A DNA stretch of 62,634 nucleotides, counting the filler. It is 10 parts of 10 records of this genome, joined end to end, with 100 filler letters (N's around TTAATTAATTAA, not from the genome) between each part and the next. Parts side by side here need not be neighbours in the genome. Positions count along the whole stretch, not along the records: positions 32,899 to 45,968 come from SRR7504441_14519; 9 more parts are not named here. One strand, given 5' to 3'. A model generated the notes under the pieces. The model ran no database searches, had not been told where the DNA came from, and saw only the letters and a program-made list of their open reading frames with translations. The stretch's first letter is position 1; the number at the start of each line of letters is the position of its first letter. A program made the translations under genes and the position numbers. Of the stretch, positions 34,958-46,068 are shown piece after piece.

Positions 34958-36247
34958 CTAGTGAAGCCCGGGTTTGGTGCGAATGACCCCTTGAGCCTCC
35001 AGCCGGGCAATCTCGCCTTGCTCCACTCCAACCTCGGCCAGCACCTCCCCGGTGTGCTCTCCGATCAGCGGCGCGTGTCGCCGGAGCTCGAAACCACTCT
35101 CAAACTGCGCCGCAGGTCGCGGGAACTGCAGCGGGCCACAAACCGGATGCTCGGCTTGAAGGACAGTACCATTCACCGCCAGCTGCGGGTCGTCCAGCAT
35201 GGCCGCTCGCGGGTGGTGCACCGGCCCACACGGCACCGCCTGCGACTCGAGCGCTGCCAACGCACTCGCCGCTTTGAGCTGCCTGATGCGATCAGCAATC
35301 ATGTCTATTCTGTCCGCCCTGTGCTGTGCTAGCCCAGCCGCTGTCTGGAACCTGGGGTCCTGAAGCCAGCCGGGCCGGTCTAGCGCGGCGCACATGCCCT
35401 TCCACTCCTTCATGGTGACTGCGCCGCACGTGATGTATCGGTTGTCGCTGCACAGGTAAATCATATCCCTAATCCTCACGTCCTCACCCTGCACATACAT
35501 CCCGCCCTTGGCGGCCAGCCGCGCCATCTCAGTGTTCTTGCCCACGAACGTGTGCGCGGCCATCCCCTCGGCCCACATGAATGCGACTACAGCATCGAGC
35601 ATAGAGATTTTCACGTGCTGGCCAAGCCCAGTCCTAGACCTCTCTAGCAGCGCAGCAGTGATCGCCTGCGCCGCCTTGACTCCAGTCAGTTTGTCCGGGA
35701 TGATCAGCCGCATCATCCGCGGCCGGCCGTTCTCGTCTGCTTGGATTGAAGCCAGTCCCGAAACGGCCTGGATTACCGGATCGTAGACGCGTTTACCACT
35801 GTAAGGCCCTCGCTCCCCAAAGCCCGATATGCTCACGTACACCAGCTCAGGGCGGATCTCACGGAGCGCCGCGTGCCCCAACCCCATCCGGTCTGCCGCC
35901 CCGGGCCGAAAGTTCTGCACGAAAACGTCCGCCGACCGGACCAACCGTCTGATCAGCGCGAGCCCCGAGGCGGCTTTGGCGTCGACAGCGATGGAGCGCT
36001 TGTTCCGGTTGATCACCGCGAACGTGGAGGACATGCCGCTCGACATGGCCCGCACCTGGTCCCCAGCTGGCGGCTCCAGCTTGATCACGTCCGCCCCCTG
36101 GTCGGCCAGCATGGCGGTGGCGATCGGCCCGGAGACCATCTGGGTCATGTCCAGCACCCGAAACCCGGACAGCGGCCCGGCAGCCGCCCGCAGCTGGCCC
36201 GCAAGCACCCCCACCCGGCGCTCCGGGCCCGAGCCTGCTCCTGGCAT
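34958..36247 (-). CDS. CoA-transferase family III (CaiB/BaiF), intronless, with PTS2-like leader
   Basis: GPLSGFRVLD, LADQGADVIKLE, NRNKRSI, DVFVQNFRPG, SISGFGERGPY, YDPVIQAVSG, APLIGEHT. Confidence 0.95.
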   Translation of the reverse strand: MPGAGSGPERRVGVLAGQLRAAAGPLSGFRVLDMTQMVSGPIATAMLADQGADVIKLEPPAGDQVRAMSSGMSSTFAVINRNKRSIAVDAKAASGLALIRRLVRSADVFVQNFRPGAADRMGLGHAALREIRPELVYVSISGFGERGPYSGKRVYDPVIQAVSGLASIQADENGRPRMMRLIIPDKLTGVKAAQAITAALLERSRTGLGQHVKISMLDAVVAFMWAEGMAAHTFVGKNTEMARLAAKGGMYVQGEDVRIRDMIYLCSDNRYITCGAVTMKEWKGMCAALDRPGWLQDPRFQTAAGLAQHRADRIDMIADRIRQLKAASALAALESQAVPCGPVHHPRAAMLDDPQLAVNGTVLQAEHPVCGPLQFPRPAAQFESGFELRRHAPLIGEHTGEVLAEVGVEQGEIARLEAQGVIRTKPGLH

Positions 36248-36335
36248 GCTCCGTAAGCTGCGCAGCCCGGCCGCGGCGCCAGCAACGGACGCGAGCCGCT
36301 GTGAGCGACTGGGCGAAGACCGGCGTCGTGCGCTG

Positions 36336-37601
36336 ATGGGGGGCGGGTGGGCGGAGCTGCCGCACGAGGTGCTGGGTCAGATCGCCAGGCACCTCGGGGC
36401 GGCCGGCCCGGTGGCGCGCTTCGGGATGTGCCACCCGCGGATCGCCCGGTGCGTGGCCCAGAGCCCGAAGCTGTGGCGACAGCTGTACAAGCAGCGCTGG
36501 CCGGCCGCCAAAGAGCCTCGCGACTGGAGGCGGGGTTATATCGACCGGGTGGTGGACGAGGGGGTCTGGCGATCCGCCCGCACCCGCAGCTTCAGTCTGG
36601 CTCACTGCGCCCGGGCGGTCCGCGGCCTGGCTGTGCTCGCTGGCGGGACCTCGCTGGCGTGGGCGGCCGGGCGCGCCCTGTACGCCGCCGAGACCGGCGA
36701 GCTGCGGGCCCGGGTGGTGGCCTCCGAGAACAGCGGAACGGTGCTCTGTGTGTGCCCGGTCGGATCTGGTGGCGTGGCATATGGGACGAGCGCGGCTGAG
36801 TTGAAGTTAGGCCGCATAGGCTCAGAGGAGCGGAGCTGGGGCTGGACTCGTGCTAGTCACCCGCACCCGGGTGGGCTGCTCTGCTGCGGAGCGACGGCGG
36901 ATGGGGCGATGCTGGTTGCGGGCGGCGAGGGTTCGCAGGCTCATTTGATTGACTGCCACACAGCGCTCTGCACCCGCAGCCTGCCGCACGGGGGCTGGGT
37001 GCGCGGGCTGGCGGCCGCCAACCGGGGGGCGATGGTGTCTGTGGGCGACAACGGTGCGGCTCGGCCGGGCTGCTGCTGCTGCAGGATTGGGCAGGCCTGT
37101 GTGTATGGGATGTGCGCTGTGCCCACTCGGTAGTCCAGCGTGGATGCCCCGGGAGGACGATCTTTGCGGCCGGCTGGCTACCCCAGACCGGGCTGGTGCC
37201 GCCTGCGCTAGGCGGGGGCTTGCCAGCCGGGGGCAGTTGGCGTTGGGATTGGGGGCCGACTTGCGCGGGTGGGAGATGCGGAAAGCTCAGCTGCTGGAGA
37301 GCCGCCGGCCTGAGGAGCGGCTGCGGCATAGCTCGAGGATAACCTCAATCGCTGTGCACGACTGGCTGGTGCGTCCAGCGCGGCCCGGGTCGAGCCGGGG
37401 CAGGTGGCGACTGGGTCTTATGACCGTTCGGTTCGAGTGTGGAGCTCGTTGTCAGGAGGCTTGGAGGTGGTGAGGGTGCTCAGGCATCATGATAGCGTAG
37501 TGCACTGCGTGGGCTGGCCGGCCAGTCAGGACGGGCTCCGACTGTTCAGTGGGGCCAAGGATGGGTGTGTCGCAGCGCACGAATTCATTAGACCGCTCTA
37601 A
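36336..37601 (+). CDS. F-box / WD40-repeat protein
   Basis: WAELPHEVLGQIARHL..LWRQLYKQRW; HSSRITSIAV, ATGSYDRSVRVW, LFSGAKDG. Confidence 0.8.
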
Positions 37602-37800
37602 CGATCTATCAACTGGAGCGATCAATCTCGCCGGCTTCAATGAAATATTGCACTTCTAGTTGGAAGCATCAGCGCGCGGCTTAACGCAATGAATATCACA
37701 CTAGTATCGCATGGAGAATTAATATTTTCTTATGCATTTATTTGCGTTTCACCATTCGTTTGACATGTCTGTGTACAAGATCTTCACTTGAGCCTCGCGT

Positions 37801-38493
37801 TTATTGGAGGCCAGTGACGCAGGACACGTTGATCGAGCCCGCAATCCGATCGAGCTCTGACCGGCCCTTGCTGGTGATCTTGCGGCCGCCATCCTCGTGG
37901 TCCTCCAGCAGACCTTGAGCCTCGAGCTGACCAGCCCCTCAGCACTGGCGCGCCCGCCAGGCCACCTGGTGCAGAGCGTTGCGGATCACGGCACCGGAGC
38001 CGCGGGCGTGCCGGGTGGTGCGAGTGCCACGGCGGTGCGCCCCGCCATACCTGCCCGATCCTCCGCACCCTGCACATGCTGCGGAGAGTCACCAGTCGCG
38101 GAGGGCGCCAATGCCGCAGCCTGGCCTAAGGTAGATCTTCCGCGCGATCGAGGCAGCGCGGATGTAGAACCAATCCTGTCAGACACCAGCCTCAACCATC
38201 TGCGACTCATCCGACACTTTGACTGGCGCTATCGACATCCAATTTTGACAGGCGCTATGACAGCCGACTGAGCAAACGGCAAGTCGACTGACCTCATCGT
38301 ACGGAGCGAGCTCCTTGAAGTGGCCAGTCTTGACCAGGTCGGCCCACTTGGGCACCTGCCGCCCCGGCTCGCCCGGCCCCCGGCCCGGCAGGCTTGCCTG
38401 GAACTTGGGCTGCCGCTTGAGGAAGTCGGCACATTTCTTGATAAAAGCGTCGGCTGGGACGTCTTTGACTGTGATTCCGCGACGAACAGACAT
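37801..38493 (-). CDS. RPS19: 40S ribosomal protein S19 (eS19), four CDS introns
   Basis: TVKDVPADAFI..Q|VPKWADLVKTGHFKELAPYDE|DWFYIRAASIARKIYLR..GSGAVIRNALHQ|LE..GGRKITSKGRSELDRIA. Confidence 0.97.
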
Positions 38494-38933
38494 CTGCCGG
38501 CCAGCTGGGTCACTGGCTGATCGGCCCGGGGCAGGTTGCGCGCGGCCGTGGCGCTAGATCGGGGGGTGAGCGCCTCGTATGGGGCAGCCAAGGGTCAGCT
38601 ACGGGGGGTCAAGCTGTCGCTGGGGGACACTGCGCCTAGCCTGATGCAGTACCCCCGCCCTGTCGCCACGCGGGCCGCCTACGACAGGCGCGGGCTGCCC
38701 GCGGGGGGCGGGGGGCCGCGGTGGGGGCGCGTGGGCCAGGGACAGATTCGGGGGTCGGGGCCGGGAGGGCGGGTGGGTGGGAGGGCGGGAGTGGCTCGTT
38801 TGCCGCCCCGCCCGCGGGACCGCGGTCCTCTTCCCTGGCCCGGCGGGGAGTGGCTGACCTTGGAGTCACTGGCGAATGGTGGCGCTCTCGTCTGGCTCGC
38901 TCGCGGTTGTTCCGTTGCCAGCTTCAACGGAAA

Positions 38934-40602
38934 ATGATGGGAGATAACCCGGACCAGCTCGAGGCCCGGCTGAGCAACCTCGAGGCCGACGTCCAGGCCC
39001 TCTCGGGCGATCTCAGCACCTCCGCCGACCTCGGCGCCGCCAGCCCCGGCCCGGGCGGATTCCTGCCGCTCTCGCCCGCCGAAAGAGTTCCGAGAGACGA
39101 AACTGAGCTCTTGATCTCTGTCGGCGAGGGAGTGATGCAAGAATTCGGCCCGTCGGGTAAGATGGTGTTGCACCCAATGCTCAGGGGCAACTTTGTCGGT
39201 TACTGGGTCACCACCCGGACCAAGCGCGAGGACTTCAACCAGTGCGCCGTCGGCAACAACGACTCCGGAGGGGCCGAAAAGCTGGGCAGCGCCACAACCT
39301 ACAAGTTCGTCCAGCAGGACTGGTCCGGCCGCCCCCGGTGTGTTTGGCTGACCCCCGGCAGCTGCCACCAGTACGAGGTGCTCCGGCGTTACTCGGACTT
39401 TACTTGGCTGCTCGACCAGCTCCGGGCGACCGGGTTGCTCCAGGCAGGTCTGAGCCCTGGCAGGTGGCCTGTCCGGCGGTGCCGTTGCCGATGCTCCCGC
39501 CCAAGGACTGGGTGCCCGCTGCGGGCGTCGCTAGCTCCGTACAAGACCGGCACCACGCGCGCCTGCGCCGAATGCTGCTTTGGAAGTTCCTGCAGCGCGT
39601 TGGGGCACATCCAGTGCTGGCCAACACAACGGTTTTCCGGGACTTTCTCACCTGCGACTATGGCTTCAACCGTATGAAAGACTATTGTGCGAACGGTGCT
39701 GATCGAGCTGTTTGTGGGTCGTGATTTCGTGGCAGAGACCAAGGCAGATGGAGAGAGCTGGGAATCGCAGCACGCGGCCAAGGGCGGTGGGATGTCCGTT
39801 GTATTCGGTTGATGCTGTCGGGGCAGGCTGGTTGAGCAAGATGAAGATGAAGGTTAAGTCGACTCCAAGCGACATCAAGGAGCTTGGGTATTCATAATAT
39901 ATTACTTGTACCGTGCCAGCACTCAATTGTTGTTTCAGGTACAGCCCAGCGTACCATTCGGAGCTGCCTCGCGTGGAAGCTGTGGCCAAGCAGCTCGAGA
40001 AGCTGCTCGGGAAGGGCTCCAAGTTCGCAGCTGCTCTCGACAGCATGGCCGACAGCACAGCCGAGCTTGGTGAGCAGTTGAGGCGGCTGGCCGAGGACGG
40101 CAGCTCGCCGTTCAGTGTGTACAACGGACTGTGCGAGCACGGGTCGGGGAGCAAGGCCATGTACCTCCAGCTCGGGAGCACGCTCACGCAGGCAGCTAAG
40201 GTTTTGGATATGCAAGCTGAGGCCTTCACAGTGCAACTTGTGAGCACACCGGCCCAGCAGCACTGGCTGTGCGGCGAATCGGCCCGGGCGGTCCAGGCGA
40301 GCCGGGCCACGCTGCTGTCGGCGGTGGCTGACTCAGTGGGCGACGCACGCGAGGGTGGCAAGAAGGCGGTGCAGGCGCGGGACCAAGAAATCAAGCGCGA
40401 GCTACAGCGGCTTAATTTGGCCTTGCTTGAGGACCTGAAGCAGATGGTCTCCGGGCACGTGGCCGCCCGAAAGGCTCTGATCCGGGAGGAGTTGGCGGCC
40501 TGGGAGGAGATGGAGCAAACGGCCGCGTTCGGCAGCGCGCAGCTCGAGACTGTGGCGCCTTGGCCATCTGCAGCGCATGGTGCATCTCGGCCGAGCTATT
40601 AG
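38934..40602 (+). CDS. Sorting nexin-like protein (PX domain plus BAR-like helical region)
   Basis: FVGYWVTT, VLRRYSDFTWL, PMLPPKD, FLQRVGAHPVL..FRDFL, followed by long amphipathic helices. Confidence 0.8.
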
Positions 40603-40810
40603 TTAGATTATATTATGTATGTGGCACGCGTGGCTGTGCAATATATCGCTTACTATAGGTATATCGCTGTGGTGCACACTCAATCGGTAGATGTACGACA
40701 CGTACTCTTGAAATCGGTGCACTGCCATGTGCACTGCATTGCACTGAGCATTGCCCGAGTTGTTGGGTAGGCTTTCATTCAACCACAAAGATCTACACCT
40801 AGCTAGGCCA

Positions 40811-41395
40811 CTAGCTCGACAAGCTCTTGAGCTTCGCGTTCTCGGCCTTGAGGTCGGCCACCTCCAGTCTGCTCTTGAGCAGCGCAATCTCGGCGTCCCT
40901 CTCCCGCAACAACGCCTCCAGCTCGACCACGCGCGGCGCCCCCGTCTGGCTCCGCTTCTGGCTGCGCTTAGCCGCGGTCTCTGCCTTGCGCTTCTGCTTT
41001 TTCCGCTCGTCCCGGGCCACCAGCAGCTCTGCCCTCTCCTTGTCCGCGGGGCTGAGTTCCCCCCCGCCCTCAGCCAGCTGCGCCCTCAGCCGCTTGTTGT
41101 GCGCCACCTTGTCCGCGCTGGCCTGTCCGGGCCAGCTGGACTCTTCCGGCTTCACAGGCCGCCGGCTGCTCGGCGCCGGGCTGGCGGCCGGCTTTGCCAC
41201 CGGCGCCGGGCTGACCACCGGCTCCTGCTTCACTGGCTTGGTGCTGCGGGCCGGCGCAGCTGACCGAGGGCGGGGGGCGTTGCCGATGCTCCCCCCGGCC
41301 TTCAGCGCAGCCTCCGTGTCGCGCTCGCGCATCTCCTCGACGGAGATTCCCCGCTTCTCCGCCCGCCGCTGCAGCGCAGCCTCTGATCGACCCAT
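40811..41395 (-). CDS. Hypothetical basic coiled-coil protein
   Basis: 194-aa intronless ORF from ATG (MGRSEAALQRRAEKRG) with a heptad-rich C-terminus. Confidence 0.6.
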   Translation of the reverse strand: MGRSEAALQRRAEKRGISVEEMRERDTEAALKAGGSIGNAPRPRSAAPARSTKPVKQEPVVSPAPVAKPAASPAPSSRRPVKPEESSWPGQASADKVAHNKRLRAQLAEGGGELSPADKERAELLVARDERKKQKRKAETAAKRSQKRSQTGAPRVVELEALLRERDAEIALLKSRLEVADLKAENAKLKSLSS

Positions 41396-41588
41396 CCTGT
41401 TCGTCCGGTCCCGCCAACTTCACTTCTTTTTGCGGGCTTTTCACAAAATCAAGTACGAAATCCATGCAGCCAGTGGCGCTGCCCATCGGCCCGTCGCCGC
41501 TGCCTCCTCTCCAGCCAACCGTGCGGCGCCGACCAGCGGGGCCGGATCCGGGGGACAGGACTGGGGCCGCCGCGAGTCGCGCAAGCCG

Positions 41589-42253
41589 ATGACCGAGAGC
41601 CACTGCATGCAGGCGCTGAGGGAGCTGATAGGGGTAGACTGCCCCGCCCCAGGCATCCCTATCCCAGAGCGCGACATCGCCCCCATGATCCAGGCAGCGG
41701 CCGGGCCCGGGCCGCGGCCAATTCTGGCACAGGCGCACTGCGGCTGGCGGGTGCCCCCGCCCCCAAAGTTCGTCGCGCGGTGCTACAGCAGGGCGTGCCT
41801 CGAAAAGCTCTGGCAGTCCGCGCACGAGGTGGTTGTCCGCTCGACCGATCTGGACTCGGTCACCATGCTCTCGGTCAAGCAGCGCTTGGAGGCCGAGTTC
41901 GGTCCGGAATGGGTCGAAGGCTACCCGCAGGCCACAACCTGTGCCGCCCGGGCCGAGCCGGCCGCAGGTGGTATCGGAGGCACTCGAGGCCGCAATGTGC
42001 GGCTCGATCAACGGCGCGCACCAGCTCAGGGCGGCAGCCTCGGGGTGCGGGGTCGGTGCGGACGGGGGGTGACACTCGGGGCAGCGCGGCGGTGGCGGCG
42101 GCGGCGGCTGAGGCGCGGCCGCAGCGCGAGGAGATTGGGCGGGTGGCGCCTGGGCCATTGGACGAGTACGTGGACAGCGGGGCGGTGACTGTGCCGCGCA
42201 AATGCTCCAAGTTTCAGGACTATTACGTTAAGTTTCTACAAGGATGTGAGTGA
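41589..42253 (+). CDS. DEK-C-like domain protein, multi-exon
   Basis: AHEVVVRSTDLDSVTMLSVKQRLEAEFG matches the DEK_C pattern. Confidence 0.55.
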
Positions 42254-42392
42254 CAACTTACTCTACCGGTAGATAATTATGTACAGTTCGTACTCGTACG
42301 AGTACCAATAATAAAAGCACGTTTATGCCTCAACCTTGGCCTAAAACAGCTAAAAGTCACGGTGCTACCGCGCAGCGCCTGTTCCTCTCAGC

Positions 42393-43802
42393 TCACCACT
42401 TCTTGTGCGCGTACGGGTCCGGCGTCGGCTTCTTCTTCTTCTGAATTGGGTTGGCCAGACCGCCGCTCTGCCCGTAGTACAGTGACCGCCGCTTCTCACC
42501 GCCCCCCGAAAGCTCCTGCTGCAGTTTCTTGGCGTTCTCGCGCACCCGCTCGGCTTCCAGCTCGAGCCGCCTGACTTGCCGCCGGCGCTCGAGCTCCTCC
42601 TCGTCGGCTGGAGTGGTGCCGTACCGATCCTTGTCGCAGATTCTCATGTTGCACCGCGCTGTCTGTTTCTTTTTGAATAAATTCACATTCCCGCAGTAAC
42701 CGCACTTCCAGTCGCCGTTGGCATAGTTAGTATGCTTCTTGTCGTAGGCCCGCATTTCCACTTGGATCACTGGCTCGGGTTCGGCTGCTGCCTCCTCCTC
42801 AGCCGCTGCTGGTTCGGGGACTGCCACAGCCGGCGTGCTATCCAGGTAAGGGTTAGGCGTGGCCTTGTCCTTGGCCGCGGTGGCGGACTGGATCTCGGCG
42901 GCAGTCAGGGTGCCACCTTCCCGAGGGATGCTGAACGCTTGCAGGCTCTTCAGCTTGGCCGGATTCCCCACAGGCGCCATCCCATAGAACCGAGTCACAG
43001 AGTCCGCTCCCCCGAGGTAATCCGGCAGCTTGAAATAAACACCGTTCGACCCCGCAAAATGGTACCTGCCCGCCAAGGTCCAGCCGCGCCCCGGGAGCGG
43101 CACACCGGAAGGATACCTCAGCCGCGAGCCTGCCCACCGCGGGGGACACTGCCCCGGCGGTATCTGCTGGCCTCTCGTCGGGCAGCAGAAGCTTGTCGAA
43201 GCCTTCGCCCCACTCGGCCGTCAGCAGGATGTCCACCCCCTCCCCCTTGAACGCCCCGGACTCGATGATCACGTCCTCCACGTCCCCGACGTGGTACGCG
43301 CGCTCATACGCGCCCGGCCGGTCTTCGGCTGGTTCCCCTTCGTATGTGTAACGGTTGTAGCTCCCGGAGAGGTAGCACACCTCCAGCCCGCACACCTTGG
43401 CCCGGCCGGACCGCCCGAGGTAGCGCAGGTTAGGGCATAGCTCCCCGCCGCCGGCCATCTTGTCTATGGGCTCTGGCAGCTCCTCTGCCCCGCAGACGAA
43501 GTAGGTGGGGACCGGCACCTCCGCCGCCCCGGTCAGAAACGGCTGTCCCCCGGGCTGGCCCAGCCAGCCGGCTGGCCAGGCACCTCCAGCTCGGCGTTGG
43601 ATTCCGGCCCGAAGAACTGGCCGACGCAGAACAGCGCATCGAACGGCCCCGCCTTGGCGTTCACCTTGCGCACAGTCCCAAAGCAGCTGGCGAACTTGCC
43701 CCGGACGTCGCCCATGACCAGCACCTTGGCGTTGCCAGACCCCGAGGCCGCCGCCGCCTGCAGCCCCGGCGGAGGCCGGTGTGTGACGACCGGAGCGGCC
43801 AT
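42393..43802 (-). CDS. CWF19L1/Drn1-like metallophosphoesterase domain plus RanBP2-type zinc finger
   Basis: KVLVMGDVRG..KAGPFDALFCVGQFF, PVPTYF, LCPNLRYLG, VDILLTAEW, RYHFAG; GDWKCGYCGNVN...CNMRIC. Confidence 0.85.
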
Positions 43803-43829
43803 CGTCGAACTCGAAAGGCGACTGCAGAG

Positions 43830-45050
43830 ATGGAGGAGCTCACAGTGGCGGTGGCTGAGCCTGGGGAGCCGCTCCCCGCTGAGCTGGTCGAGCTGGCGGT
43901 GGCCCGGCTGTCGGAGCACGGGGTGTGCCACCTGGCCGGGGCGCTCCCCCGGGGTCCGGTCGATCGGCTGGCCGCGGCCTTCGGGCCAAAGTTTGAGGAA
44001 CTCGACCGGCGGATGGACGCCATCGAGCTCCCGCGCGACCGAGTGTTCAAGTGCGGCCCCGGGCCTGGCCGGCCGAGCGGTGCGGCAGGTTCAACGAGCT
44101 GTGCAGCCGCAAGCCGGGCCGGTTCGACGTGCAGTATGGGATAAACGGGCCGGAGTTCGCCGAGGTGCCTGGCGATTGGGCGCCGCCGGGAGCCCAGGGG
44201 CAGGTGGAGGCAGCGTTCGGGCGGGTGATGGGGCCAGTGCTGGCGCGGCTGCTGGGGGAGGATTTCGCCATCCACCAGAAGGGCGTGATCGTCAACAAGC
44301 CGGGCTCGGTCGACCAAGCCTGGCACCGGGACGGGCCGCACCTCTACGAGCAGGCGCCGGCTGCCATCCCAGGCCGCTCACCACCGGCCGCAGCCGCTGC
44401 CGCCGCACGCGTTCACAGTGTTCGTGCCGCTTGTGGATTTCACGGTTGAGAATGGGCCGACAGAGTTCATCCCAGGTCTCGGTGGTCACCTGACCGAGCT
44501 GACCGGAGCGCAGACTCGCACCACTTTGAGAGGAAGCGGGACGGGACCGATGTGACGGCCCCGCCGCTCAAGCCGTTGGTGCTCCGCGGGGATATCTCGC
44601 TTTTTGACTTTAGGACGCTTCACCGTGGGCTCGCCAACAGCAGCCAAGCGCTCCGGCCAGCGGTTTATTTCGTGCCAGCCCGGAGCTGGTCCGCGGGGCC
44701 GGGTGGGGGCTGCGGACGGGCGGGGCAGGTTTAGAGACAGCGGCAATGCGTTCCCGACGGCGCATTCCATATTTAGCGACAATCCGGGCTTGGGAGCGGT
44801 GGCCGCTGAGAAGAAGAAGCCCAACAAGAAGCTGGCGGCGCTCAAGGGTCGGTCTGACGGTCGGCCGGCCTGAGCGGGGAGCAGCTGCACTGTTGATGAA
44901 GGCCATGTTTGGGGGTGGCAAGAGCTCCGGTGCGTTGCCTAGCCGGCGCTACATGAGATAGGTTTCGCAGGCAAGAATGCGACGGAGGGCGCCGAGCCCG
45001 CGGCTGCTGGCTGTGCTGACGAGGGGAATGCGGAGGACAGTTGTGGCTAG
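43830..45050 (+). CDS. Phytanoyl-CoA dioxygenase-like (PhyH) 2OG/Fe(II) oxygenase
   Basis: QAWHRDG, VFVPLVD..NGPTEFIP, GDISLFDFRTLHRGLAN. Confidence 0.88.
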
Positions 45051-45200
45051 CTCTTTCCCTAACATGTGTCCGGTATGTTGCTTAAGATGATAAATGAATT
45101 ACTTAATGAACTCTACGTATCATATTACGATCCAGACTCTGCCCCATCCCCGCCAGTCACTGGGCCCAGCGCGCTCAAACGCCTCCGTGGAGCGGGCGGT

Positions 45201-45604
45201 CTAGAGCCCGTACTTCGCCTTCTGTTCGCTGGCCGCCTTCACGTAGGCCGCTTGGGCGTCGGCGGCCGACATGCCTGCGCCTATCCTTCCAGCGGGGCCT
45301 AACCACGGGGCGGCGCACCCTTGAAAGAGTTCCACGAGTCCCACTTATACCGCGCTGCCCGTCCTTTCAGCCGCCGCCCGGGGCAGGCGCACCGGTTGGA
45401 CTGAACATCCCTGGCCGGTCTGCCGCCCGGCTGTGAGCGGCTGGCCACGGCCGGAGTACCTGTGTTGTTGTCGCCGTCCTTCTGTTGCTTGAATAGACCG
45501 TAGATTACCAGTTGGTCCTCGTTGCTCGCCGTTTTCTTCCAGGCCTTGCCCGTGTCGTCGTCGTTGAAGAAGGCCACCGCCTCGTCGAAGCTCTCGAACG
45601 CCAT
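45201..45604 (-). CDS. ACBP: Acyl-CoA-binding protein, three introns
   Basis: FDEAVAF..LVIYGLFKQ..GDNNT|.RPGMF..|RYKWDSWNSFK|GMSAADAQAAYV. Confidence 0.92.
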
Positions 45605-45797
45605 CCTGAGAGTGCGACAACCGGTGTGCTGACTGAGATTGTCGGTTGCAGAGAGCAACGGAAGCGCCGTTGGGACTCGTGAGCGGGACCGCCATTCGCC
45701 ACAGATTCTGGGTCCCCGTCAAAACTCGCTATTAACACTTGCAAGTCAAGATCCACTGACCTCAGCGGCGGATTGCGGATTCAGCACCGATCAAAGC

Positions 45798-45968
45798 ATG
45801 GCCTCTAGCACGCAGCGGCTGTGGATCATCAACAGTGAGCAGCCCGACCTGGACGACGCCGTGGTCAGCTCGCTCGCCGAGCGTCTGACCGACCACCAGA
45901 TCCTCAAATATAGGACCGCGGCCGCGCGCCGGCGCACCCTGCTCAGCCACCTGCTCCAGCGGCACGCC
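45798..45968 (+). CDS. Partial hypothetical protein (contig end)
   Basis: MASSTQRLWIINSEQPDLDD open to the gap, divergent from ACBP. Confidence 0.4.
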
Positions 45969-46068
45969 NNNNNNNNNNNNNNNNNNNNNNNNNNNNNNNN
46001 NNNNNNNNNNNNTTAATTAATTAANNNNNNNNNNNNNNNNNNNNNNNNNNNNNNNNNNNNNNNNNNNN

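Noticed and set aside
36245-36248. Overlapping divergent start codons in CATG (also at 803-806 and 17288-17291)
   Set aside because: Any ATG preceded by C creates an antisense ATG; expected by chance in GC-rich start contexts.
38356-38397. Introner-like inverted ends (CCTGCCG..CGGCAGG) in an RPS19 intron
   Set aside because: Short and GC-rich; introns across the window do not share sequence or target-site duplications, so there is no evidence for an introner family.
40827-42188. Long overlapping or antisense ORFs (for example 453 aa here, 434 aa at 35829, 417 aa at 20620)
   Set aside because: Largely shadow frames from high GC and codon bias, some running into a real exon; no independent protein signature.
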